This document shows positions 26,907 through 40,263 of a stretch of DNA of 64,000 bases, piece by piece. Both the position numbers and the translations under genes were made by a program. The stretch is from Epiperipatus broadwayi (Eukaryota; Animalia; Onychophora): contig JAQFVV010000003.1 in the NCBI GenBank assembly GCA_028023455.1, forward strand, positions 20,336,001 through 20,400,000, given 5' to 3'. The notes under the pieces are model-generated. The model had not been told where the DNA came from and searched no databases. It worked only from the letters and a program-made list of their open reading frames with translations. Numbering within the stretch: position 1 is the first letter of the stretch; every line of letters begins with the position of its first letter.

Positions 26907-27583
26907 CTTTAAGGTGTATTGTTTATAAATGCAATAAAAATATTTTGAATAGATATCAAAAGTATACAATGTGAATTTATTAAAAATTATAATGTGAATT
27001 GTGATTATTTATGTAGCAAACATACAGTAATTTTGAACACACGACATTCATCAATTTCAGTCAAGGTTTTTAATTTTACAGCTAATGCTTCAACAATCAT
27101 CTCAGTACAGATAGCATGAGACTTCTTCATACTACTAACACCAAGAGAGAACCATTAATAATAACATTCATGATTAGTTTCTCAAGAGGTCTTGTGATAT
27201 TCTAACATCCATGTTGCAAGTCGAACATAACATAACATTCATTTGATCAATCTGATATTTTTTTTACTTTACCCATTTAACTAATCAATGTTGAATACAT
27301 AACTACATTAATTATAGTAGACTGGATATGGAAAATCCTCAATTACCAGAAAACATTTCCAAGTCACAATGGATTTGAATCCTACAGTAATGCTGATCGC
27401 TACACAACAAAGCTATTTGTATTTGCAGTAGAATATAAATATTCAGAAAAATAAAAGTTATATCTGCCAACATATAAGATTTTATAAAGTATCACCTTTA
27501 ATTAAATTTGAACAATGATTAGTTTGTCAGGTCAGGTAATGTTTGATTACCAGAAATAACAGGCTGAGCTTTATATACATGAT

Positions 27584-27650
27584 GCACTGAATGGCACTAC
27601 TGTGAAGAGAGAGTTGCTACTCATTTGTTAAGTTCAGATCTAAGGATCTC
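27584..27650. repeat. Short degenerate family A fragment
   Basis: gcactgaatggcactactgtgaagagagagttgct resembles the family's gcactgagtggcactactgtatggagagttttgcct, followed by agatctaaggatct. Confidence 0.45.
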
Positions 27651-28529
27651 TAGTTCTCAAATCCATCCTGATACCAATGTACTAACCCACACAGGCAAAA
27701 TAAGAATTGAAGTGTTTGTTACTTGGGAAATCCATATGACATTTGAATATCAGGTGACAGTTTGCACTTTGGTTAACAAACATTTATTTCTCAAGTTTGT
27801 CACTCTACCACTGTAATAACATACTGAAATCCATTATTAAATGTTACTACTGGATAAATAAAATCATCTTTGTAAAAATGCCATTTTTTATCACCAACAA
27901 TTCCTGAATTCATTTTTTAATATTTTCTCTCAAAATATTGGGAAAAGGTGATAAAATTTATAACAAACACCCTGCTTCAAACGAATCATTGATATAATCG
28001 AAAATAAAAATACATATGCTATAAATATGCATATAATTAACAGATACAAAATACTGAATTAAAACTACAAATACAATCTTTTCTTTTTTATACATCTTAA
28101 TAAAGTAAAAGGCTCATTAAAGTTTATGATTAACTTTAAAAACTGATACATCTAAAATAAATTAAGTTACTGAAAGGCAAGCAATAAAATAAACTATAGC
28201 CAACTTCTCAGAAGTATATATCTGTTGTGGGCTGGGTTCAAGTTCAATCAACTAAATAGACATACTAATGTCAATGATAGTTCTTATCATTGACTAACTG
28301 GAAAAAATTTTGCTCACATAATTTATACTGATGATCAATGTTAATCAAGATCTCTGTCTAATTCCAAACATGTTTCATTATATTATGGTAAAATAATCAT
28401 AATGATTTTAAACAATAACAAAAAATCATATACAGTAATATTTAGTCTTTTTTTAAAAAAAAAAAAAAAAAGAAAAACAAAACAAACACTGAAAATCTAT
28501 TGTAAATAAAAATATATATAACACCGTGT

Positions 28530-28811
28530 TTATATATAGAGCTCACAAAATAAGCTCTTAATGAACTTTGAGAATATCCCCAACCCCAGATCGTTTTCTG
28601 CTACTGGTGTCGTAAGACGTCAGGATATTCAAGCATTAGATTAAAAATACCAGGACAAGCCCAGCACTTTATCTAATGTATAACTATTAAATAGAAAATC
28701 TGAAATTTTCAGACATCCATATGTCTTCCATTCCAGCTATCTAACTTAAATAGCCATATGGGACTGAACTAAGTTCAGATACAGAGCTTATTTTGCGAGC
28801 TCTATATATAA
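28530..28811. mobile_element. 282-bp element with ~29-bp terminal inverted repeats; interior resembles a distant family A relative
   Basis: tatatatagagctcacaaaataagctct (28531-28558) pairs with agagcttattttgcgagctctatatata (28783-28810), one mismatch. Interior catatgggactgaactaagttcag matches the family A hairpin motif. Confidence 0.7.
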
Positions 28812-29332
28812 CATTTGTAAATACAAACTTATTAAATTAGAAAATGTAACATCTGACTTGACTTTTTTTTAACACAGTGTTTAATCTGTTTCAATTTAAA
28901 GTTGTTTTTTTTAATAAATTTCTCTAACAATGTATGATTAATTTTCTATCATTCATTTTTATAAAGTAACAGCCTTAAATAGCTGAATACAAATGGTTTT
29001 TCCAATAGTTCCTGTAAAGGACAAGTGAAAAAAGCAGTTTACCAAATTAAAAGCATAGTTTACCAGATTTGCTAAACAGTAAAAATTTGAACTTCCACTT
29101 TTATTTAGCCTTAAGATAAAGAAAAAACAGCTAGATACCCATTTACTGACCAATATTGAATGGTTAGCTGAGTTGACTATGGAATAGTTACCTAAAAAAA
29201 AGCCAGCTAGGTTCAAACACAGGTCTTGATTAGTTAGTTGTACTATTATTACATCTTTATATCATATTATGCCAGCTAGAAAACTTAGGAGATACATATT
29301 TTATATATATATATCTTATTTTATGGTTTTAC

Positions 29333-29369
<37 letters not shown>

Positions 29370-32300
29370 AATGAATAAAGTAGTTTGCTTTGTAACACTT
29401 CACCAGAGGGCATCATTAAATAATAAATCCAGATAAAGCAGTTAAAATAGAAGGGCTTGAGGTATTAGCAATAGTGGAAACACATCTAAGAGAAGAACCT
29501 ACACTAAAAAGGGATGGTGGTATAGAAGTTATATAAAAAAAATATTTAAATATTGTAAAGTGTCAGAAACCCTTGTGGTTTGAAATAAGGTTAGTAATAA
29601 AAGAATGGATGGTGACTATAGTGTATATAGCCATTGGAGATAGTCAAACTATAATGGAGTGGAAAAGTAGCATATATGAATGCCTAATTAAGGATATACA
29701 AAGTTTCAAAAAAAAAAAGAGGGGGGGGGATAATGGTTATAGGTGATATGAATGGGCATATTGAGGAAATTGATTACATGGATAACAAGAATGATCAGCT
29801 TTTCAAGAATTTTTGTCAGAGAGTGAATGTGAGCATTGGGAATTTATCAAATATTTATGAGAGACAATATACATGGTATAGTAATAATATATTTCACATA
29901 ATAGATTAAATATTAGCAAAGAAAGAGGGAATGGACAAAGTATAGAAAATTAAAGTGTTTGACAATGAAGAGAGAGTATGTAATAGCGATCATAATTTCT
30001 TTATAATAGAAATGGTTAGTAATGTGATGGGAAATAGTAATAAAAGTAGAAAGAATAATGAAAGATATGGATGGAGAATAAATGATAAGAATAAGTTAGA
30101 AGAATATAAAAGTAGAAGAAATCATGGAAGTTTCTTGGGGGTGAATATAAGGACTGGTGTGGTGAGGTAGAAAAAGTGGCAAATAGACTTTTAGGTGATA
30201 ATATTCAGAAGAATAAAATATATAGAAAAGTAAGAATTAGTAAAAGTGTAAAAGAGAGGGGGAAAGATGCAGAGAATAGATATGTGCTTTTAAAAACAAA
30301 GAAATATTCAGAAGAATAAAAGTAATATAAAAGTGAGAATTAATAAAAGAGAAGAAAAAAGCATGCATAGAATATAAATCTATTAAAAACACAGAAAGTG
30401 AAAAAGAAGTTAATATTAAATAGAAAAAACTATTTGTTTAAAAAAAGAAATTAACGAAAATAGATAATTGTAGAGAGAGCATAAAATTAAATAGTAAATT
30501 ATTGAAGGATATTAATAAAAGTGAAAGAGATGGGAATAAAAAATTTTGGAAATATATTAAAAGAAGGACTATGGGGAATAAATAATATTACTAGATGAAG
30601 AGGGAATAGAATATAGCTCAAAAGAATATAGAAAAGATGTTAGACATGACAGACAGAGTGATAACAAACACAAAAGCACATAGTAATGGAAATGTTAGTT
30701 TTACAGAAAATAAAGTGAATGAAGCAGGAAAGAAATTGAAAAATGAAGGGTAAGAGGTTTAGATGGATGAACTGCAGAGATGGTGATGAATTTGGAAAAT
30801 AGAGCAAAATTAAATCTATTATTATGTTTTAATAAGTTGCTACAGAAAACAGAATTTCAAGATAGCTGTAATAATACAAGAGTAAAACCATTATTTAAAG
30901 GAAAAGGTGAAGACCATAGAACAATAAACTATTATAGACCGATAGCAGTGATGTCAGTATTATATATAAAGTTTTTGCATATATGGTGGCTGGAAGGGTG
31001 CCAAAATGGATGGAAGTAATATAGTGAAAGAAATGCAAAGTGGTTTTAGAATGGATAGGTATATAGGAGATTGTTTATTTGTAGTCACACACCTTATAGA
31101 TATGAGTAGGGTTACAGGTACACAATTATATATGGTCTTGATAAATATATAGAATGCATAAGTAAATAAAATAGATTATGGGTAAGTTTAGAAAATTTGG
31201 GAATGAATGGAGCTTTAGTGGATCTTATTAAGAGATTGTATGAAAATAATTACTATACATATCAAGTAAGAAATATAAAATCAGAGTTAAAAATGGGATA
31301 GGACTAAGGCAAGGATACCCTATATCACTGAAGAGCAACAGAAATACTAAGAAGGCGGGTAGAGATACCATTAATAGATGACAAGTGAGTCTATACATTA
31401 TCTGGGTATTTTATTTGCAGATGATATCTGCACAGAAAGTAGGGAAGATATGGAAGTTATGCTGAAGATGTGCACAGAATGGATAAAAAGATGGAGATTA
31501 AATTTAGTGAACAAAAATCTAAAGTAATGATGATGAATACTGGGAGAAAATAAGATAAATAATTTTTATTGGGGAATATAAAGGTAAATGTGATGAATAG
31601 GTATAACTATTTTGGAATTATTTTAAGTAATCAGAGAAATTGCTTGAATGAAATGAGAAAAAACCGATAAATGAAGCAAAGAAAAGCAAGGGGGTGATAA
31701 AGAAATTAACAGTGTTTTCATATAATAAATGTGATGTAACAAGAATTGTATGGAAGGGAATGGCAGTAGCAGGATTAACTTATGATGATGATGTGTTATA
31801 TGTTAGTAAATGCATATTAGATAACTTAGAAAAAGTCCAAAAAAATGTAGGAAGACATGTATTAGATGGATAGCAAAGAAAGCAATTCAAGGAGAAATGG
31901 GATGGTCAAGTTTTTTATATGAGAGATGCTAAATGCAAAATGAAAATGTTCGGTAGATTGTAATTTATGGATAATAAGAGAATAGCCAAGATAGTATGTA
32001 ATTGGTTTACAAGTAAAGGACAGGCAATAAGATAGGTGAGAAAGGTAGTACAATATGCAGAAGATTTGAATAAAGATTTTATATCAGTATACTTGTACAA
32101 AAGGTGGGATGATTGTGTTAGGAGAATTGTTGGATATTATAGTGGCAAAGAATGGAATAGAAAAATATATGCATTAATAAAAAAAATGGGGAGTTGAGTA
32201 AATGGAGAACTAGTATGGGGTGTAAAAAGAATTTAAATATATATAGAAATAAACAGTATATTGGTGTGAGTTAATTTATGATAATAGCAAGAAAAGTAGT

Positions 32301-32745
32301 TTACTGTTTAAGGCTTGAACAGGATCATTAGCAACAAGGAAATATACACACAAATGGAGAAATGTGGGTGAATTAGTCTGCAAGTTATGTAAGGAAGGCA
32401 TAAAAAATATTAGGTATCTGCTAATTGAATATAAATGCTTACAAACAAAAAGGCTACAAATAATGAAGTTGTGGGAGAATATAAACAAAGTGATTATATA
32501 GAAAGTGGGTTCTTGGTTTTTAAGCTGAGATTTGGGGAAAGGATAAGGGGGATCTAGATATAAAGGACATAGAGTGAACAAAGATGATGTTGTGGAAATG
32601 GGATGGAGCAGGCTAGAGAAGAATATGGAAAAAATTTATGGTGGGGAATGAAAAGGAAAGTTAAGATAGCTAACAGGTTTCTTTAGGTATAGTGGCTGAG
32701 AGATTCCTGACTTCAATAGAGTAGAAACCACAGCACATCACATTG
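29370..32745 (+). mobile_element. Decayed LINE ORF2 (APE + RT + C-terminal CCHC finger), tentatively RTEX-like
   Basis: LAIVETHLRE, IGDMNGHI and SDHNF (APE). KPLFKGKGEDHRTINYYRPIAVMS, QSGFR, GLRQG and LFADDI (RT). CKLCKEG...LLIE..C finger. 3' tail cacatcacat. Confidence 0.9.
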
Positions 32746-32844
32746 CACCTCTTTCTAATACCAAATTATTTTCTAACATTCATAACTAATAAGAACAAAT
32801 CATGAAGAAAGAAATTAAGTTTACCAGCAAAGACACACATATAC

Positions 32845-33025
32845 AGTAATCATACAAAATTATTTTTATTTTAAATAGTCCAGTGGTTGCAAAGATCAGA
32901 AACCCTTTTATCATATTCTATATAATGCATATAGTATATTGATCATGTAAATGCATTTATAATTTTATTCCGGTAATTTATTAAGTAATTATAAAGAATA
33001 AAACAAATAGAATCTATATAACAAA
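32845..33025. repeat. Unclassified dispersed repeat; second copy at ~44365-44545
   Basis: atacaaaattattttt...aaatagtccagtggttgca...tagtatattgatc...ataattttatt..ggtaatt is shared between the two sites. Confidence 0.75.
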
Positions 33026-36000
33026 ATTTATTATATATATATAGTATCCTACAACAGCCGACCACTATAAGGTGTGAAATCCTAGTTCAGCCTTCATATC
33101 TGATATAGCTTATGTTAATATAAATGGTTTAATAACTTATCAAAACATGAGACACATCCTAAGATACTCATATTTTTTAAAATTAAGAATACACCAACAG
33201 GTATATCCTCAATGACATAGGAATATTACTACACACTACTCCCCTAAAATATTAGTGATAATCCCATGATTCACATTTAAAAAAATAAATTATATTTAAT
33301 ATTAACATTTATTAAATTATCAAATTATTTTTATATTCCTTTATTTAATATTATATTTTTAACTCTCTCTGAATAATACTTTATAACGCAATTACAATTG
33401 CAGCTACTTTTGAACTAAATACATTAATTGATCTAACTACATGCAATGAGGGATTTTACTTATATCTAGCTATATGAAAATAATAATCAAGAAAACAACT
33501 ACACTCACTAATTCTTTTCTATTAAACTCATTACCAAATTTACTTGTAAGCTAAACTAAAACTAAATTAAAATTATAAATTAATAATAATTAATATTTAT
33601 TATCATAAATAAATTTTAAATCATCTCTTATTATTATGTATTATATCTAATCATTTTATTTTTAATTTGGCATTTTAAACATCAATCTTTACTAATAACT
33701 ATTGAATAAAATAAATAAAATTTGCATTATTCAATTTTTATATCCAAGATAAGATATCTTTAACAATATACTTATTATTCATTATTTCATTTAGATTAAG
33801 TGCAAAATGCCCAAATATATTTAATTATTACAATGCATGTGTGTTTAGGATAATACATAATGACTTGGACATAAACCATAGACACTTGGTTAATTAAAAA
33901 CAATATTAACAATTTATTATAACAATATAAATAAAAATTTAGTTATTATATTTAAAAGAAAATTAAAACATTGTAAAAGTTTAAAATAACAATAAAAAAC
34001 TATTTATACAAGAAATAAATAATTTACACTTCAAAATTATTTATAATTATAAAATATCTTTCATCTTAAACTTAATAATTAAATAAGATATTCCATCATA
34101 TATCTATACTCAACATATTAATAATGTAAATAATGTATATGTTATGTTCTACATTTTCACAACAACAAAAAGTGTTCTATTATAATTTATTTACTTAAAT
34201 TTTCCATAAAAAAATAACTTCATTATAACTCTATAACTTGTTATATATTCTGTTTATTTTTATTTATATAATAAAATAGTAAATATGATATGGTATACAT
34301 CACTACCAGGTTTTGTTTTTCATTATTGCATTTCATGTCACTCCCACATAAATTCTATAATTTGACCTCTAAAAAATTTGAAATATAATAAAAACCATTC
34401 TTTGAATCTTTATTTAAAAACACTCTTTTAATATTTTATTTCTTCTTGCATTAACTAAATTCTTGACATCACTTGAGAGTCTAGCTATTATTCTTTACTC
34501 AACTTTGCCATTATCAAATGTAATGTATGGACCAGTATGACAGCAGTGAGTAAAAGTGAGGGATTGATACCTAGAACCATGAGAAATAATGCTAGCATGA
34601 ATACATAACTTTAGGCCACATTATTCTTGTGTCTACCCTAATTTCTATCTTGGCTTCTCTTTATGCTCTTACAGATTTACAAAAAAAATGCTATTGTCCA
34701 TGTTTTACAAACATACAGTTACTTTAACTGTATTACACTTAATATTAAATATATCCCTATCATTACAGGATTTCCTAATAACTACTTTCCGGAGCCACTA
34801 ATTGTCTATCTAAACACTCTGTATAAATCCTAAAAACATCACAAATAAATACTCTACAACTTTTCGTAAAATAATATCCAAACTTCTAAACATTGCATAC
34901 CTTAAACACCAAGAAGATTAAAATAAAACAAACAAATTATTTAAGATATTCAACTTATCATATTCAGAGATCAATTATTCATGTCATATATAATCATATA
35001 CAGATTATAATAATTATATTCATACTTCTTGGAAATTAACATCACATGAATATAACCAAACAAATATCATATTTATTTTACCTGAATTTTAGTTTGCATT
35101 ATTAAATACCAATATCTTATATTAAACATAATAAGTGAAAGTTACCTTAATCATATATTACTATGATTATTATTGGCAATCCTCTAATTGACATAACCTC
35201 TTAACGTTATAGAATCATTATAAATAAAAGTAATAAAAATTTAATTTTTTTTAATCAAATATAAAATTCTAAAATATTCTAAATCTTAAAACTACTACAT
35301 ATTAAGAATAATTATAAACATTAACTTAAAACTATACTACATATCAATAACTAAAAAAAAAATAAAAGTTTCCTTTTGTTCCTTGAACTGAACACTGGGG
35401 AAATACTAGCCTCCATAACAACCAGTTAACTTAAAGTTTTCTCTCCCTCTCTTTCTCCCCTCTGCACTATTTCACTGCTCCTGGCAGCATAAACACAAAA
35501 TATGAAAGAAATCCAAGAGAAATGGTAATCATCAATAACAAATAAAAAGTTCTTGTAATAAAGTTCATTCTTCTTATGTTATTGATAAGCAAATTCCATT
35601 AAAGTTAATAAATAAGAATTTATTATTTATTAAAACAATTATCAAATTTTAAAAGCTTCCTTTCAGCATTTTACTAAGTACTGCAAAATTATATAATTTT
35701 AGAAAGTTCTCCAAATTGTTCACATTAGCAATCTTAATAATTCCAAAAATATTGATAATGCACTTATCCAATTTTATAGTTCTTTTCACAAGTAATCATA
35801 TTTAGCATTTCAATAACTCAATAATACTTCTTAATCACATTATACAATTCTATAATTCTCTCCTCCTGGATAGTATACATTCATTATACTAAATTACAAA
35901 TTATTATTTAAACTGAATAGCAGTTAGTAAATATATTTTCACTAAAAAAAAATCAGCATTATCTCTTTTCTTATTAAAATTAATAATGCTCTGAAAGTCT

Positions 36001-36062
36001 CTTATAAATTTAAAATAAGAAATATGAATAGCTTTTCTGAATAAAAGTCTATTGTTCTTATT

Positions 36063-37322
36063 GCTGATGTTGATGTGATGTGATACACTGTGACTTCTTA
36101 TACAGAGTCAGGAATCTCAGCAACTATGCTCAGAGAAACTTGTTAGCCACTTTAACTTCTCTTTCCATTTCCCACCCTAACTTTTCCCATATTCTTCTCT
36201 ATCCTGCTACATCCTGTTTCCATAATATAATCTTTGTCAATTCCATGGCCTTTATATCTAAATCCCTTTTGTCTTTTCCCAAACCCAGCATAAAAATCAA
36301 TAAGCCACTTTCTGTATAATCACTTTGTTTATATTTATTCTTCCACAACTTCATTATTTGTACCCTTTCTGCTTTCAGGCATTTACATTCAATTAACAGA
36401 TGCCTAATATTTTCTATGCCTTCCTTACCCAACTTGCAGAGTAAACCATCCATATTTTTCCATTTATGTATATATTCCCTTGCTGCTAAAGATCCCATTC
36501 GTGCCTTAAACAGTAAACTACTTCCCTTGCTATTATCATAAATAAACTCACACCCAATATTTTGTTTACTTCTATAAATATTTAAACTCATTTTATTCTC
36601 CATACTAGTTTCCCATCTCTCCAACTCCCTATTCTTTATTAATGCATCTATTCTTCTATCCCATTCCTTAACACTATAGCACTCAACAATTCTCCTAACA
36701 CAACCATCCCACCTTTTGTATAAGTATAGTGACATAAAGTCTTTAACTAAATCTTCTGCATATTGCATTACCTTTCTCACCCATCTTGTTGCCTGCCCTT
36801 TATTCATAACCCAATTAAATATTATTTTGACTATTCTTTTATTATCCATAAACTACAATCTACCAAACATTTTCATTTTGCTTTTTGCACCTCTCATATA
36901 AAAACTTGACTATCCCATTTCTCCTTGAATTGCCTCCTTTGCTGTTCACACTTTTGCATCTAATGCATGTCTTCCTACTTCTCTTTAAGTTTTTTCTAAG
37001 TAATCTAGTACCTCTTTACTAACACATAATATATCATTACCATATGCTAACCCTGCTACTGCCACTCCCATACAATTCTAGCTACATCATATTTATAATA
37101 TGAGAACATTGTTAATTTCTTTATCAATCCCTTTCTTTTCTTTGCTTCATTTATCATTTTTTTCTCCCATTCATCCAAGCAATTTCTCTGATTACTTACG
37201 ACAATTCCCAAATAGTTATATCTATTCACCACACCTAACTTTATATCCCCCAATACAAATTCATTGTCTTCTCTCTCCCCAGTATTAATCATCATTACTT
37301 TTGATTTTTCTTCACTACATTT
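36063..37322 (-). mobile_element. 5'-truncated second copy of the same LINE, convergent with 29370-32745
   Basis: ORFs 36199-36849 (YDNSKGSSLLFKARMGSL...CKLGKEGIENIRHLLIECKC) and 37056-37295 align with 31500-32630 at about 80% by eye. (CATCA)n tail at 36063-36085. Confidence 0.92.
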
Positions 37323-37349
37323 ATATTATTAGCACCTCCCTCTTACTAA

Positions 37350-37700
37350 ATCTTTTAATTTTTTATTTATTTTATATCAAAAATTTTTTCAGGCCCAAAT
37401 CTCTATTTAAAACTGGTTTAATATTATTAATATAAATAACCTCTTTTACTTTTCTATCCCATTTATTATCTGTAAATTGTATCATCTATATACAATCCTT
37501 TTCAAACTCATGTCCTGTTTCTAATTTATGTAAATAAATTGGTGAATTTTTATCATATTTATGTTGTAATAGACTTCTATATATTGAATTTTTTGTTTCT
37601 CCTAAATAATTTTAAAATTTTAAAAGGAAGCCACTAAAAATATAACTGTAAATTTTAAAATTTGAATTTAGCAGTTGAGTTTTGAAGATATAAATGAAAG
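37350..37700 (-). mobile_element. Penelope-like element fragment, GIY-YIG endonuclease
   Basis: Minus strand gives IY...YLGETKNS...LLQHKYDKNSPIYLHKLETGHEF...NKWDRKVKEVIYINNIKPVLNRDLG, the typical PLE GIY-YIG pattern. Confidence 0.72.
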
Positions 37701-38234
37701 GCAGGTAAAAAATATGTTTAAAATAATAATATTATAGATTAAAGTAAATTATAAATTATTGAAGGAATTGTTAATAAAATGAATAATAATAATAATGTAA
37801 AGTATAAAATATATTAAGTTATAGTTAAATATTAAAAAGAGTAATAAGAGTAAAAGAAATAGGTTTTAATTGATAAATATAGAATGTAAAAAGGATATAA
37901 TATATAATAATATTTAAAAGGTAATAAATAAATGATGATTATAAGATGTATATATAGAATGTAAATTATATGTTCATGTATATTTATATGCATATATTTG
38001 TATTACGTTATAGTTCTAAAGAAGATTGCTGGGGCAATTGAAATTGTCAGAGAGTAGTAATTAAAGCATTGTGAAACAGTACTAAAGTGCAGAGATGAAT
38101 TAATATTATATTATATACATTTGGCAATGCAATAAGAAAGATTAGTTATTATATATATAAATAACAAGTTATTTATTGATTCCCTAGTGACTGTTACAAA
38201 TTAAAAAAATAAAAATGTTCTATAATAACCACCT

Positions 38235-38800
38235 ACATCTAATTTCATATTCCAAAATCAATCAATGCATACAATTGACAAAGTATCATATTATAAACTA
38301 AACCTAGCCAGCATTGATATACAGTCAATAATCCAACAAACTATACATTGAAGGCTCATAAGAGAAGACAGGATGAAATGCCTAATAAAGATACGATAAA
38401 CTTATAACTGAAAATAAGATTTAAAGTAACAACATTAATAGAACAGCTATACTTAATATCATATACATAAAAATATTTGAAAATAATATCAACACTAATT
38501 CATCATTATAGCTGTACTTACTAATATATAATGAAATCACCCATGCTCTCATAAAAGTAATTATTAAAAACCAAATCATTATATAAATGACACCATAGAA
38601 AATAAATACATTCCATCACCCAACATGTAAACTATCAATACATGCAGCATCAGTCAATCCCATATATAAAATAAATCATCATTAGCAATCAAACATCATT
38701 ACAAAATTAAAACTAGAAATAATTATGTTTAAAGAACATAGATTATATATTTTATCTGTACTATACTTCCCATAAATAAGATCACATTCATATTATTCAG
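38235..38800. repeat. Family B dispersed repeat, uninterrupted copy (empty-site paralog of 44590-46560)
   Basis: Aligns colinearly with 44590-44622 + 45323-45760 + 46429-46560 (e.g. aacactaattcatcattatagctgtactta, aaatcacccatgctctc, gattatatattttatctgta). Confidence 0.85.
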
Positions 38801-38899
38801 TAGCTAGTGGAGATACACTATGCCAAAAAGATTATAAAATTATCACTTCTTTACAGATTTACAGCTTAGCATTGCTTTTGATCAGAACAATCATACTCA

Positions 38900-40263
38900 T
38901 GGCACTAAGATATACAGAAGTGAAAACTTATACATTAAATACCACTTGCGTGATAATGCAATGTGTGTGTTTTTTATTTTTTGCATAGCTTATTTGCAAT
39001 AAACCACATCTCTTTGCATTTTTTCTTCTGATCATTGCACTTAACACAAACAACTTTGATATTAAGTGGATCAAAATTGTGGCCCGAGTTGATCTCATGC
39101 TATAAAAATATCAACTTTATGTTGGGGTCCTGTTTTGGTACATTTATGTGTGTGTGTGTGTGCTGTGCTAATCTAGTAGTGCTGTTGGCATGAGACTCAC
39201 CATAGTAAATTGCTTTGCAAGATGGTTCATTGCAGCTAATTTTATAATTATTTGGAGAGCCTCATCAGGAAGTAAATTACCATTGGTGTTATTCAATAGT
39301 TGATAGAGGTTAGGGGAGTTGAGTGAAGCTGATATTCAATTCATTCAAGCAGATTGTCTTCAACTTTTTTGATGCACACAGTATACAAGGAAAGCTGATC
39401 CATGCATTAGTGTTGTTCTTCACAGGCCTAGTGTTGTGTGGAGTAGAATTTTTTTAAGAGCTCTAGTTAAAGAATTATGATCATATCCTGACTTGACAGG
39501 GTTTTTAATATAGTTTTTGATATTATATCTCCTGTATGCCTCAAACTTGCATAGTTTATAGTTTCTGTACAGAAAACATTTAAAAGCCAGCTAATTTGTA
39601 TGAAGTAGGAGTGCGCAAATAAAAGATGAATAGCACCACAAACAGTTTATTTGCACATTGGAGTGTTGAATAATATACCTGTCCAAGAGTTTTATTCCAT
39701 TTAATGTATCTTCATGCTGTATGATACAGGCCAAAGAGGATAACTGACTCAATTTCATCTTGTATATCAATGATAGTTTTCTCTTTGGCATCATATAAAG
39801 TCAGAGTATGATCATAATTCTTTAACTAGAGCTCTTAAAAATGCTACTTTGTACTAAACACCATGCCTGTGAATAGCAACAACACTAATACTTGGATCAG
39901 CTTTTCTTTTATATCAACTGCATTGAAAAAGTTGAAGACAATCTGCTTGAATGAATTCAATATCAGTTTCAGAATACCCTCCCCCCCCCATAATCTCAAT
40001 CAATTACTGAATAACACCAAAGACAATACCTCTGGGCTAAGCTCTCCAAATAATTTATAAAATTAACTGCAATGAACCAATTTGCAAAGCAATTTACTAT
40101 GGTGAGTCTTGTGCCAATAGTGCTACTAGATTAGTGCAACACAAATATATGTACAAACAAGCTAAAACAGATCTCAACATAAAGTCGGTATTTTTAGAGC
40201 ATAAGATCAACTCAGGTCACAATTTCGAGCCATTTAATATCAAAGTTGTTTGCACTGAGTGCA
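38900..40263. mobile_element. Penelope-like element remnant in inverted arrangement (RT thumb + GIY-YIG on minus; GIY-YIG duplicated on plus)
   Basis: Arms 39036-39494 and 39798-40263 are inverted, roughly 78% identical by eye. Plus frame 40050-40283 reads IIYKINCNEPICKAIYYGES...TRLVQH...HKINSGHNF. The minus spacer reads LAFKCFLYRNYKLC...KSGYDHNSLTRAL. Confidence 0.85.

Noticed and set aside
39591-39794. MPKRKLSL... ORF as a pogo/Tigger HTH N-terminus
   Set aside because: It lies in the Penelope RT thumb region and continues into KSGYDHNS and GIY-YIG. No pogo DDE domain or TIRs are present.
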